DNA from: Bugula neritina
Taxonomy: Eukaryota > Animalia > Bryozoa
Length of the DNA stretch: 30,390 nt
Reading direction: 5' to 3'
NCBI GenBank assembly: GCA_964035545.1
Contig: CAXIUT010000035.1
Coordinates: 1 to 30,390, forward strand
In this document: positions 13,628-26,704 of the stretch, one piece after another
Layout: every line of letters starts with the position of its first letter
Numbering within the stretch: the stretch's first letter is position 1
Notes under the pieces: generated by a model
What the model was told of the DNA's origin: nothing
What the model saw: only the letters and a program-made list of their open reading frames with translations
The model's database searches: none
Program-made: the position numbers and the translations under genes

Positions 13628-14125
13628 TCAATGATGTGATTCTTTGAAAATTTAATCCAAAAGATCAAAGTATTTATTTTTAAACTTTTATGATAGATGA
13701 TACTAACTTTATTTTTATATTCTATCTATCAATCGTTTTGCAGATGGGTTCTTCATCTAATCAAGATGAGCTTTCTAGTTGTGAATTTTATTAAGATTTG
13801 AACCATAAAAATATTCATCAACTATCTGATTTAATTCTTGACTTGGATCAACAACCTTACTATCTTTCTTTTTATCTTTCTTATTTTCATATTATATTTC
13901 ATGCTAGGCTTTCTTTGAGAAAAAAGTTTATACTTAAGCTAAGCAGTATATTTATGCTTAGCCTTTTTTTGTATTCGAGTGAGCATCTTTATGAGCTTTG
14001 ATACACTATCTACATAATATTTCTAGGCAGTGATGATTGGCACAAAGGTATTCATATTTTTATTTTGGATGTTTATGACAATTATCTTTTATTTTTTGTT
14101 TCCACTCAGTTCCACAGCAACTCAT
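13628..14125 (-). CDS. B-box-type zinc finger protein (~165 aa)
   Basis: MSCCGTEWK...CHKHPKxKYEYLCANHHCLEILCRxCIKAHKDAH gives a C-x2-H...C...C-x2-C...H-x3-H pattern. Open frame of 498 nt to TGA. Confidence 0.8.
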
Positions 14126-14242
14126 TTGTAATAAATCTTATTTAAAAGTAAACAAATAAAAAATATCTTTAAAGAGTTATAAGTATTATTTATCAGTACA
14201 ATTAGTTAAGATGATATATTTAATCACTAAATATAAGGTATT

Positions 14243-14668
14243 TCATAGTTGATGATTGGTAGGTTTCTTTAAAATGATAGACTAAAAAATATTGTCTTAT
14301 TTTTTCTTTCTTTACAACTTAAAATCATCGATATATTTATATTTTCTCATTAGCCATTCTCTTATTTCTGGAATAGCTACATCAAGTGAATTTAGTCCTC
14401 TCTATATTGATAAAATACTACATTGTTGCATCTATAGGGATCAGCTTAGTTTTATAGAAGGAACTCCATCAGCTTTTTTAGACAATTATAAGCAGCATAA
14501 TGCAAAATAGTATCTCCAGTCTGATATAAAGATCGATACTTGATTGATTGGTTCTATTATGTCTAATTTAGATTCTTTGACATGTTAGATGATTTAATCT
14601 TATTGTTTGAGCATGATTTTAGTCATTAGATTTTGTTATCTGAGTTCAAGAGATTCATCGTTTCCCAT
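14243..14668 (-). CDS. Small ankyrin-repeat protein (~128 aa); introns 14521-14539 (19 nt) and 14402-14421 (20 nt)
   Basis: After splicing: MGNDESL...QTGDTILHYAAYNCLKKLMEFLLxNxADPYRCNNRGLNSLDVA, which fits the ankyrin consensus. MG start is a possible myristoylation site. Confidence 0.85.
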
Positions 14669-14725
14669 TGAACTTTAAAGTTTTAATAATAATATGTAGT
14701 CAAATGAGATTAACTAAAAATCAAG

Positions 14726-16321
<1,596 letters not shown>

Positions 16322-16363
16322 TTATAATTATAACCCTTTAAAATTGTATTATAGAATTTTCAA

Positions 16364-17578
16364 TCATAGGTTAAAAGCTATGAGCCTTTATGGTTCAAAG
16401 TAGGTGACCTATCTGTGAATATTCAGAAGAGTTTTATCTGAAAAGTCAACTGGGTAGTATCGAGATGAAGCTTTTTCTTTGTCTAAAAGACCTAATTCCT
16501 TATAGAGTCTTGCGACTAATTCTGAACAGAAATAAGTCTTTTTTTCTTAGTCTTCACTATCTCGTTTCAGTACAGAATTGAAAGTAAATATCTTATCAAG
16601 ACTTATTTAAAACTCTTTTCCCATTGATTTGGCAACGAAAGCTTCAATAACTGATATGTCATGAGGAGTTAATTTAATTTTTAATCTTCTCCATGCGATT
16701 CTTAGTCGATACATATTTACTTATCAGTTGAATTATACCATCCGAATTTGATAACACTTTTCCAAGGAGTTAATCCTACTCCTTATCCAGAACTACTTTC
16801 AAATATAAATATTTAATTCTTTTTATTTCTGAGAATAACTCCAACATGATCTATCTTACTAAACAAATACCATATTAACTATCAGTAAATAATCTCTGGA
16901 CAGTAGCTGCACTATGCTGGGACTTAAAGAGGATAACATCTAATGAGTTACAACTTTTAGCGAATTATTCATGGGAAATATGCTATTTAGTATAGAAGTC
17001 ATTTGTTTTACTGGGAAGATAAGTAAAATGTTTTGATTTGCCTTCTGCAGTATCAATTGCTTTTTTGAGTAGTGCTATCCAATCATCAACTATTTGATCT
17101 TTTTCTTGTTGTTCAATTGGTTAGAAATAGAACTTTTTATTACATTGTTAAACTTTGATGATAAAGTAACTTCCTTTGTTGGTTACTTCTACAGCCTAGG
17201 TATCAAAATTGAGGAACTGATGGATAAAATCTTGTGCCATTTGTACTTTTAATTTGAAGTTGACTAGTTCTACATCATATTTTCTTCTCTGAATAGTAGA
17301 TGCGTTACCGATGAAATACAAGAGAAGAAACCTTATTCTTCAATATAGAATCTTCCTTTTTTGTAATAGACTTGGTAGTTTTAATCTGGTCTAACAAAAC
17401 CAGGCATAATTCTAAAAGTATTTTAGTCAACTTCTTCTTGTTCGATAATAGTGGTCATTTGAAGTTGAGATTGTTGTGTATACTTATTGGATTCCATATT
17501 GTTAAAATAAGATTTCTTAAGTGAGTTGTCGAAGGCTTTTTTAAGGTCTTCTTTGGCACCTTTTTTTTCAGGCTACAT
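16364..17578 (-). CDS. PH-like domain + permuted papain-like NlpC/P60 (peptidase C92/YiiX-like) protein (~384 aa); three 20-nt introns (17289-17308, 16851-16870, 16701-16720)
   Basis: Motifs DVILFK, YDHVG (catalytic His; formed across an intron junction) and YFCSELVA (catalytic Cys). PH-like C-terminal helix DDWIALLKKAI. Spliced length 1155 nt. Confidence 0.85.
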
Positions 17579-17701
17579 AATTTATATTTTATACTCCAAT
17601 TTAAACATAGCCACTAAATAACATAAATGTTGACTAATTCAATCTCTTTAATAATTTATGCATATTTTATTCAATTTATTTTACATATTTATATAAATTC
17701 A

Positions 17702-18850
17702 ATGAATTAATAAGAACCAAAAGAATAGCCGCCACAAAATATTGATCCTGAAATGGAAAGATTAAATTCTTTAGGGAGTTTAAGATCCATAGATTCAGCC
17801 AATAAATAGCCTTTATAAAAAAAGAATGAGGAAGAAGGGTTGGAACTTCAAGTTGTTCAAAGTAAAGTTGATAAGGGTATTAATCGATAAGAAATTATGA
17901 GAATGTTTAATGAACAAGTACAGAGAGAGGAGCTAGAAAGAGAAGAGATATAAAAAAGAAGAATGTAGATGCGTTTGAAGAGTAAATAGATGCCTAAAAT
18001 AACTCCAAAAAGATCACAAGTTGAAGATAAAAAGATAAGTAAATAACAAGCTATTCAACAAGCTTTAAATTAAAAGAATTTACGCCTTCGTAAAAGAGTT
18101 TAACCTATTTCAAGAAAATACCATACATTGTATCGACCTTCAATTTATGATACTAAAATGAATAGATATAGATTTTAATGTAAAGAAAAACTGATTATCA
18201 ATCTCTGTTTTGGAATAGAGGAACTACGTGAACTTGATCCACAATAGCTTTCTGAAGCAGATAGAGATATTATTAATCAAGATTCTTACTATTTGGTTAA
18301 AAAAAAGGCTACTTTGATTGATGCAAGTATGGTTAAACTTCTTAATAAAGGAGATAGAAATGATATAAGTCGATAGTATAAAACTCAATGGGAAACTTTA
18401 CTAACGAATATTAAAGATTAAAGTAACTTAGAGTTAAAACGTAAAATTTTAACAGGAACATTTGAGCCAACTAAAATAGCAGTAGCTAATGAAATTGATT
18501 TTTTTACTTTGGCTAAAAGAGAACAAATTATTGAAAAGCAAAAGCGATACGTGGCTGAATTTACAGTTGAAAAAGCTATTGTGCCTTCTATGAGACCTGA
18601 AAACGAAGAAATAATGGATAGACCTCGACCTAAATTAGTAGAAGAGCCTTCTCAAGTAGAAATACCCGTTCTTAAGACTAAACACAGCAGTTTAGCAAAC
18701 AAGTATATTGAAGAATCATCGATAACTCAAATATAGGAGTTGTTAAGCGAAAGACAGTTGGAGAAGATGTTGAAAAGGTTGTAAGAGGACCTTCATGGAC
18801 AATCTAAGACAATGTTGATGGATAATTTTAAGAAAACATTCTAAGTATGA
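17702..18850 (+). CDS. Hypothetical charged/coiled-coil protein (~382 aa)
   Basis: Open frame from ATG 17702 to TGA 18848-18850, including the supplied ORF 18509-18736. No recognisable motif. Confidence 0.75.
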
Positions 18851-18896
18851 TATATCTCAATATTCATAATTCTTTAACATTAAAACAAAGCATCAT

Positions 18897-19637
18897 TCAC
18901 ATATATATTTTTCTTCTGGCGCTATCTCTTTGTTTTTTTTATTAGAGTTTGGCGAAGGGGTTCATGGGTTCACTTGATAGATATGTGTTATTTCTAGGTT
19001 GTGGTTTGGATATTGTATTTTGGATTGTTATGTTTTAGGTTTTGTCTTGAGGTTTGATATCTTTGATGAAGTTAAGGACTTGAAGAGTTTATGATCCTGG
19101 GGAAATAAAATCTTACTGAACATAGGAAATATCAGAGATGAAGGCTATAGATGTCTGTGGGTCATTGAGTCTGATTTTATTGACATGACTTTAAAGTTCT
19201 TTGGAGGGAATTCTAGCGGTCCATGGTTATTTCTTTTATTCTTATATTTCTGTTTTGATATCTTTGTTATAAAAAATTCTTGATGATTTTGCTGATGTTT
19301 TATGGCTGTTTATTTTTGATCCAAGCTTTATGCCAACACTCTAATTTTATTGATGTTTTTGGATAGCTTTGACTTTTGGGCTAAATTTATCAGAAGAGAA
19401 GGTGGGTTGTGAAGTGTGGGTTTATTTGGTGTGAGAGAGTCCTCTTTTAGGTGTGACTAGATTGATTTTTTTTTGTTTGACAGGTTTTGGTTCTGAATGT
19501 ATTCTGAGTCGTGCGGGCGGGATGTGAGTCTAGATGGTAGTTGTATGTAAATTAGAGAAGCAGCAGCCGACGGGAATGGTTTCTTATTTTTGGTATTTGA
19601 TGGTTTGTGGTTGTATGGGTTTGAGGTGGTGTTTCAT
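18897..19637 (-). CDS. Hypothetical basic, probably disordered protein (~246 aa)
   Basis: MKHHLKPIQPQ... 741-nt open frame ending ...ARRKIYM-TGA. It fills the gap between its neighbours. Confidence 0.65.
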
Positions 19638-19841
19638 GTCTAATAAATAATATGTTGGAACAGAATAGAAGAAATAACTTGTGTTTTCTTATCAAACTTA
19701 TCAGAGAGTTTACAACACAATTTAAGAATGTTACTTGTGTAAATAAAAATTAACATTGCTATGTCAACACTTATTATCAAAGATATGATTAATTGATAGT
19801 TAGTGATATTGAATAAGTTTTTAATTGAATAAATAATAATC

Positions 19842-20713
19842 ATGGCTGTAAATGTCTTCAGCAAATCAAAAGCAAGCACTCTTGCTAAAATAGCAGCTTT
19901 GCCTCGCTACAGACATCCCATGGATCTCATTAACTAGCCTCATATACCCTACGAATTGCAACTCAAGCAAATTGATAACTCTATTTCATTCAAATAAGGG
20001 CAATATCTGTCTCCTCAACATTTCAACTTATGCAAATCCAGTGTAGAATGCAGAAAGGAGTATCAAGAGAGTGTTGATCCTGAAAGTAGGTCGAAAGTGG
20101 CACATAGACATTATAAACTATGGGAGAAGTATCTTCAGAATTGCATTTCTCAGCCTGAAGTAGATATGAATTAAAGTAGAACCAGCTAACTGAATAGCAA
20201 AAGCAGCGTGTTTATGAAGCTATGTTGACAGCTAAGTAGCGTAACTAGTAGAGGTTGGCATTGAACAGATTTGTTAAATTTGGATATGAGTATTCAACAG
20301 CATTCAAGGTAGATATTCCATTGAACCCAGTTATTATGATGAAGATGGTTCATCCTCATTTTGGATATTTGAACAATATTCCCAATCTCACTCAATATAA
20401 ATATAATTATACTGAACTATTTCAGTTGATCTAATAGTTTATTGCTGCAAGTTATGCTAGAGAAAAGGGGTATAATTTGCATGGTTCTGAGTTGGTGAGT
20501 TTTATATTTTGGAAGATTTTGGTTGGTAAGCAAGCTAGAATCGATCCTAGTACATTTATATCTTTTATGAAAGTGTTTAAATTCAACTAACTGAGTGAAG
20601 AAAACTTCCAGTAGAAGTTAAAATATAGCATTTACGATGGAGAGATGATAGAGGGAGATGGGAAGGTTCGATTCGATGTCTTTAGAAAAATATTTCTGGA
20701 TAGAGATTTATGA
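19842..20713 (+). CDS. Globular protein (~283 aa) with a basic/Ala/Ser N-terminus, possibly mitochondrial; one 20-nt intron (20160-20179)
   Basis: MAVNVFSKSKASTLAKIAALPRYRHP... Removing gtagatatgaattaaagtag restores the frame to ...RFDVFRKIFLDRDL-TGA. The localisation is inference only. Confidence 0.8.
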
Positions 20714-20750
20714 TGTATTTGATAATTTCTAATTGATCTATATATAGATA

Positions 20751-22262
20751 TCACTGTTATTCTTTATTTTATTTGTTTTTAGCAGTTAGTTAGCGAAGAA
20801 CTGGGAGGTGATCTGCTAATACTACTTATAGCTACTTCTTTTAAAATCCTTAGCCGGTAAATTAGTATTTTGTTTTTATTATGAACTAGATATCTTCTAC
20901 TCGAACTCCATATAGCTTCATCAGTACGACTAGCTTTTGTCTTACAGTTGAAGTGCTGAAGGCAAGAGTGCATAGTATGATATCGATGATTTATACTACT
21001 ATCAGACCTTATTTGACTTTTTAGTAATATTGTTAAGGTCCACTCTCCTTAAATACATCTTTACCTATGTTTTGCATGTATTATGTTCTGATTTCAAAGA
21101 GTTTTTAAAGTTTACTAAATCTTTTTTCAGTTAATTTGGCTTAAACTCTCGCTCTATAGATTTAATTATCACTTCTGATCATAACTAATACTACTCTCAT
21201 GCAATTTTAATCGATTACCATTTGTTAGTCGATATCTTTTCCTTTGAGACCTTGTCGATGCAAAATAGGAAATATATATTTCAGAGATCCTAAATCTATA
21301 AACTAGTCGATTAATTTATTTTACAGCTAATGAGGTAGAAACATAAAAGAGTTAGCAATAGATTTGAGTGCTGAAATAGAATAGTTATTTTTTGCCTTGA
21401 TAAAAAGAAGCATCATCTAATTGCCTTTCATCTAATGGTATATTATCTTTGATTTAAGCAGTTATTATGATTGATTGATCAGCACCACGCTCAAGCAGTC
21501 AAACAAATTACTAACATATTATTTTTAATCATTGTTTCCTGGAGATTTAGATTGATATGGTTTGATAGATTATACTAGAATTTCCATGCCATACAATCGA
21601 TGGAATTTCAGCTGTGCGTTTTAAGAATTAGTCAGTAGTGAAATAAGTAGATCACTACCTACATATTTATTATCATCGATTACTTTATGTTTGACGATAT
21701 AGTTGGGCATAATTCTATTGGCCAAATAATCGATTATTTTAGTATCTGTGACTAGTAGTTCGATTGAGGTGTCGACTTGTTCGACTAGTGCTTATAGTAT
21801 TTTCAATATTTTGAGGGATACTTCATATTATTCAACGCTTTCTTATTCGTCCATTTTGTTTAGTGTTTATACTAGAGATTAGTATAGTCCGTTTTAGACC
21901 AGCCACACACACATGCGGTAGTATACTTCAAATATTTAGTCTTTCTCTGGTTATTATGCTACTATCTAGTGGATAAATTCAATGCAGCTGATGTTGATGT
22001 CTGAGTTGGGATGGTTGAGGAGTTTTAGAATAGAAGTTAGTACTTTAGATTCGATCACTATTGATATGTGTTATTGTGTGAGTTATTGCATGCCTTGGAG
22101 GATGGTGTCGATGTTTTATTAGGATTGGTAGAAACGCATGGGTTCGGTAGGGTATTTCATTCTGAGGTTTATGTTTGTTTCATAGAGATTGTGTAAGTCT
22201 TTGTGGTAACTTTCAAGTAGTGGAAGGGTTATCTCGTTCTCAGGTTAAGGTTTTTACTACAT
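20751..22262 (-). CDS. CTNNBL1: Beta-catenin-like protein 1 (Prp19/CDC5L spliceosome-associated ARM protein), ~503 aa
   Basis: LRMKYPTEPMRFYQS, LLNHPNSDI, DDNKY, YVSNLFDCL and FIDLGSLKYIFP match remembered CTNNBL1 blocks (LRIKFPDNPEKFMESE, LLGHDNTDV, MENLFDSL, FVDILGLRTIFP). Intronless frame of 1512 nt. Confidence 0.85.
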
Positions 22263-22424
22263 TTATAATAGACAATTATGGCATTTGAATCAATCTATAA
22301 ATATGAAGTAAATTTATCATAAAATAGCCTAAATCAATTCTACTTAAATATAATTTCTAAATGGAGACGAATTTAGTCAATAATAGATAAATATCTATTG
22401 GTTATATTATTTTATTGTTTAAGG

Positions 22425-22830
22425 ATGAGTAATCTGAGTGAATCTCCATAGAAAGAAGGTCAAAATTCAACTCACGCAACTGGTCATTTAACTCTAGTTG
22501 AAGTACTTATATCTAACTAAGAACTTGGCTCGTGAGGCAGATAAAGACCAGCAGTAGTATCATAAATTGATAGAATTATACCGTCAAGATCTGAACTCTA
22601 TGAAAAATAAAATAACCAACATCGATGAGTAGATAGTCTAGACTATGACTCCTCTGATTGAGTCATTGTACCGCAGTTTGTAGTTGGGAATGACGAACCA
22701 GAAATAGGAGAACAGTAATTTTCAGGAGCAGATGACTGAATTGAAGAAAGAGAAATCTATATTGAGTCAGATGATTGTGGCATCGTTTAAGCGTTGTGAG
22801 CAGTTGAACGAGGACGTGGGTCATTATTGA
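22425..22830 (+). CDS. Small coiled-coil protein (~128 aa); one 19-nt intron (22503-22521)
   Basis: Removing gtacttatatctaactaag bypasses an early TGA. C-terminal heptads ENSNFQEQMTELKKEKSILSQMI...EDVGHY-TGA. Confidence 0.8.
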
Positions 22831-22853
22831 TCTATTCTATATTCAAATATATA

Positions 22854-25087
22854 ATGATTGAATTCATACTTCAGGATTAGTGTCGGGGGAAGGTGTTGCT
22901 ATTCGGTGGGACCATTCTGATGGTTGTTTTGGTGATAGGGATATTCAAGTTGATAACTGGATCTATCATAGTGGGTATTTTACTGTTTGCGTTGTTGATG
23001 TATTTTCTGTTGAAAGCATTGGGCGCCTATGTGATGTATCCTGGGAGTTCATTTTATACTCGTTCTGAGATGTAGATTCGTATGGGTCGAGAGATATCTA
23101 ATAGGATGGTAGTATTTTTTAATAGTTTGCATTTTTTGCATATGTCTGTTGTGCAAAAGAAATACACTTCACATCAGAATCATCATGATTTTGTTGTTGT
23201 TATTCGAAATCATGTCAAAACTATGATCTAGGTGCTGGCTATGTTCGAATAGACTTTGTCATAAAGGAAAAAGAAAATGATTGCTTGGTATAGATAAATT
23301 GAATAGATCATGAGTTAGGAGTAAGAAGAGATATCGATTGATTAGCTATTATCTAGACCAAGAATTATTGATGGTTTAAGTTAAGAAATCAATCAAAGTT
23401 TGATATCAAAATTTCAGAGAATATAGCTTCTGTTAAGGAAACTGCACTCCACGATTCAATCATACTCTCCGCCTAGTGGTTCACTTGCTTTGTTGAAATT
23501 TAGAATATTTGAGTAGAATCTTTATTAGATGCGTTTTGCTTTTCATACTTGGAATTCAGCTTTTAACTATGAGTTGAAAATGATAAAAACATCTGACAAT
23601 TAAACCATTGAAACGTAATATAGATATATATTTAGAACTATTATCCATAACTATTTAAAGAAGAACTTTTTAGCAGGTAGTTATTCATAACCTAATACAT
23701 CCAAAAAAACAATTCTATTTTGCAATCCTAACGGAGTATTTATTCAATTTTTTGGATTTGATAATTAATACATAAGAAACTATCTACGTCAAGTATTTTA
23801 TAAACTATTTAGGGATATAATGTGATTTTATGGAACTATAGAGGGTATGGCCAATCAACTGGCAATCCATCCATATGCAAATCTCAAGTAGATGCAAGCA
23901 ATGTTTTTCTACACTACAAGTAATTGGGTTATGATATCAAAATTATCCATGGATATTCGATAGGCGGAGCAGCTGCAGTTGGAATCTTTGACAAGTTGAA
24001 AGAGTAAACACGTGATGTGTAGGTGTTGATAGTAGACCGTTCTTTTTCATCGATTGGTTAGGTATGATTCGGATAAGGTAGATGTCGATTGAATTTGGGC
24101 CTGCTTTGCATGGATTGACTAAATTGATATTTTGGGATGACAATATTGATTTATCTTCTCAATTTTAGTCTGTGAAGTGTAGCAAGTTGCTGATTTGGGA
24201 CAATTATGACGAGGTGATACCTGACCGTGCTTCTTTCAAGAGCAGGATAATAAAGAGAAAGAGAAAAGCGGTTAAATCTAACAGTATGTTTGCCTTTGAC
24301 TAAGATCTGTAGATCAACCAATTGAACGAAGATGTATAAACTAATCTATTACAATAGAACCATAATCCTGATTTCCAATCTTTGACTCAAAAACTCATCT
24401 ATACCCTTCGTAAATTGATAAGAGCCAAAGAAGATGCAGAATTAGAGTAAAAAATAGAGTAAGTTAACAAGGAAGACGACAGGGAAACTTCTAGTAATAG
24501 TTGTAATATTGGTCGAAGTGTCGGAGAAGGGGTTTAGTATCTGGTTGATGTTGTTAATTAGCTAGATGGAGGAGGTATTCAGCTGATGAATGAGGTGAAG
24601 CAGTTGTCTCATATGATGGAATAACATCCTTAGAAGTTCAATCATATGTGTTAATCATATGTGTTGGGGATAGTGTGTTATGGATCATATTTTCCTTTGC
24701 AAGTTGGTTTGCATAATCATCAAAAAATAAAATAAAACACTCTTGTACTTCATTTTAACTCAGCTTAAACTGTAGCGTTCGATGGTTAAATTACAGGAAA
24801 AGTTTTATCTTGATATATCTGAGCCATAGCTATTCTTCAAGAAGGAAGAAACTACTGAACAGTTGATAAAGAATATGTACCATATATACTTCAAATTGTC
24901 TCAGTTGGTGAGCGATTACTTCAGTGAAGAGTGGTTCGCTTTGCACGGCAGTTTGTTACCAACGAACAATGGACATAACAGTAACTTGAGTATTGAATAA
25001 ATTAGAATTCTTAATGGATTTATTAAGGATTGTTTATCAAAGGAATTAGAGGAGAAGGAGGAAATATCTGAGGAAAAGATGTTGTGA
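22854..25087 (+). CDS. Membrane-anchored alpha/beta hydrolase (ABHD/Bem46-like), ~717-724 aa; introns 23793-23812, 24062-24081, 24745-24763 and possibly 23615-23635
   Basis: Two N-terminal hydrophobic helices. Motifs ILFCNPNG, GYNVILWNYRGYG, nucleophile HGYSIGG, VDRSFSS, DEVI (Asp) and GHN (His). Confidence 0.9.
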
Positions 25088-25198
25088 ATCTTTATACTTA
25101 AGATAATTATTTATTAAGATAAAATAGATTAATATAGTTTAATTTTGAATGGAATAGAAGTATCTAAGCTGACAAATAATATTTTAATAACTTTTAGA

Positions 25199-26659
25199 AT
25201 GTTTGGAGGATAAAGTTAAAGAAACCTCTTACATTCGACTCCCAACATCCGAATAGCTCCTGACAAAGTGACCCTATATCATGAAAAACAACAATATTCT
25301 AAAGAGATATTCGTATAAAGTGCCTAATAATCAAGTATTTTACACGTACCTATCTACATCTACGGCTATATGAATGAATTAATAAAGGTTGATATTGAGT
25401 AGGAGTATGTAAGTGGTAGATTTACTATATATGCGACTCCTTTGATAAATTTGTTGATAAGTCATGTGTTGTAGTTGAGGAAGAAGGAAATAGCTGAGAT
25501 GGATGCTAATCGAATTAATCGCTATATTCGTTCTTAGTTGGATAAAGTTAAAGATTATATAAGGAATAATTTGATTTTAGAGTGTGGAGAAACTGTGATT
25601 GATATTATTAACTAGAATAAGATAAAACAAAAAAATAGGAAGTATAGTTTGTAGTCATTTGATGAGGAATCTGGAAGTGATTAAGATTAGGACTAACCTG
25701 ATAACTTTTATTACAAAGAAGTAGTGAATAGTTAGGCTGTAAATACTGTTACTTATCAGATAAAAGGTATTTTTACTTGTGAATTTGACTGGGATAATTT
25801 TTACTTTCCTTATCTAGAAATAGTTTCTGCTCTTAAAATCAGAGCAAGACAGCTATATTATGATAAAATTATAATAAGGTATAATATGTTAGAGTTCAGT
25901 AAGAATTCCTAATCTTTTGTTAGACAATTTTGTTTGAAATTCATACAAAAAAGTGAGACTCAATTTGGTATATATAATGTGAATTGTCAGGAGGGGAGTT
26001 ATTCTGTGAATGCAGTCAAAAAATAAATGTAGAAACATCATTATTAATAGAATAATCGGTATTCTATTCCTACTATGGATTAATATTTTTCTGAAACGAG
26101 GTATTTTTAGTTTAAATTTCAAGTATTTTCTTATAATTTACCTTTTATGCTGAGAAATTTGATTCCTCATTTGATATTGCTTTTTGTGTCTATTATGAGT
26201 TATTTTGGAGGAGCCGATTAAATACCTCCAGTTTATGGTAATATAATTTTGCTAGGAATTACTTTGATAGAATCGCTATCTAATTTTAGGAGGAGCAAGT
26301 TTGACAATTCAACTATAAATATATATCAGATTAATCTTTTTGGTATCATTTTGATAAATCTTATGTTATTTATAGTTTCTACTAAAAATTTTTATGGAGA
26401 CAATAACTAAAAACCAAATATTAATGCTGAAAATGCTATATTTTGGATATCTGTGGGAATAGGAGTCTTTTTCTTTGCTTCTAATTACTACATATTTTTT
26501 TATTTTGGATTAAAAAAATAATAATACTCCTTTGAGTCGTTAAAAGTGATGAAAAAGAAAAGAATGGAGTGGTGGATATGGAATTAGTAGGAGATAATTG
26601 AAACTCTTAATGAAGTATAACCTACTGTATCATCTCTTACTTCATTGAGTAGTGTTTGA
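25199..26659 (+). CDS. Four-TM membrane protein, putative Cys-less pentameric ligand-gated ion channel (pLGIC)-like subunit (~486 aa)
   Basis: Open frame of 1461 nt. Pro-loop-like IKGIFTCEFDWDNFYFPY, followed by four hydrophobic helices, the first containing Pro (FMLRNLIPHLILLFVSIMSYF). The ORF is solid; the family call is tentative. Confidence 0.6.
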
Positions 26660-26704
26660 TTATTATGATATTTTATATTTTCAATATTATTTTGAATATT
26701 TAAT

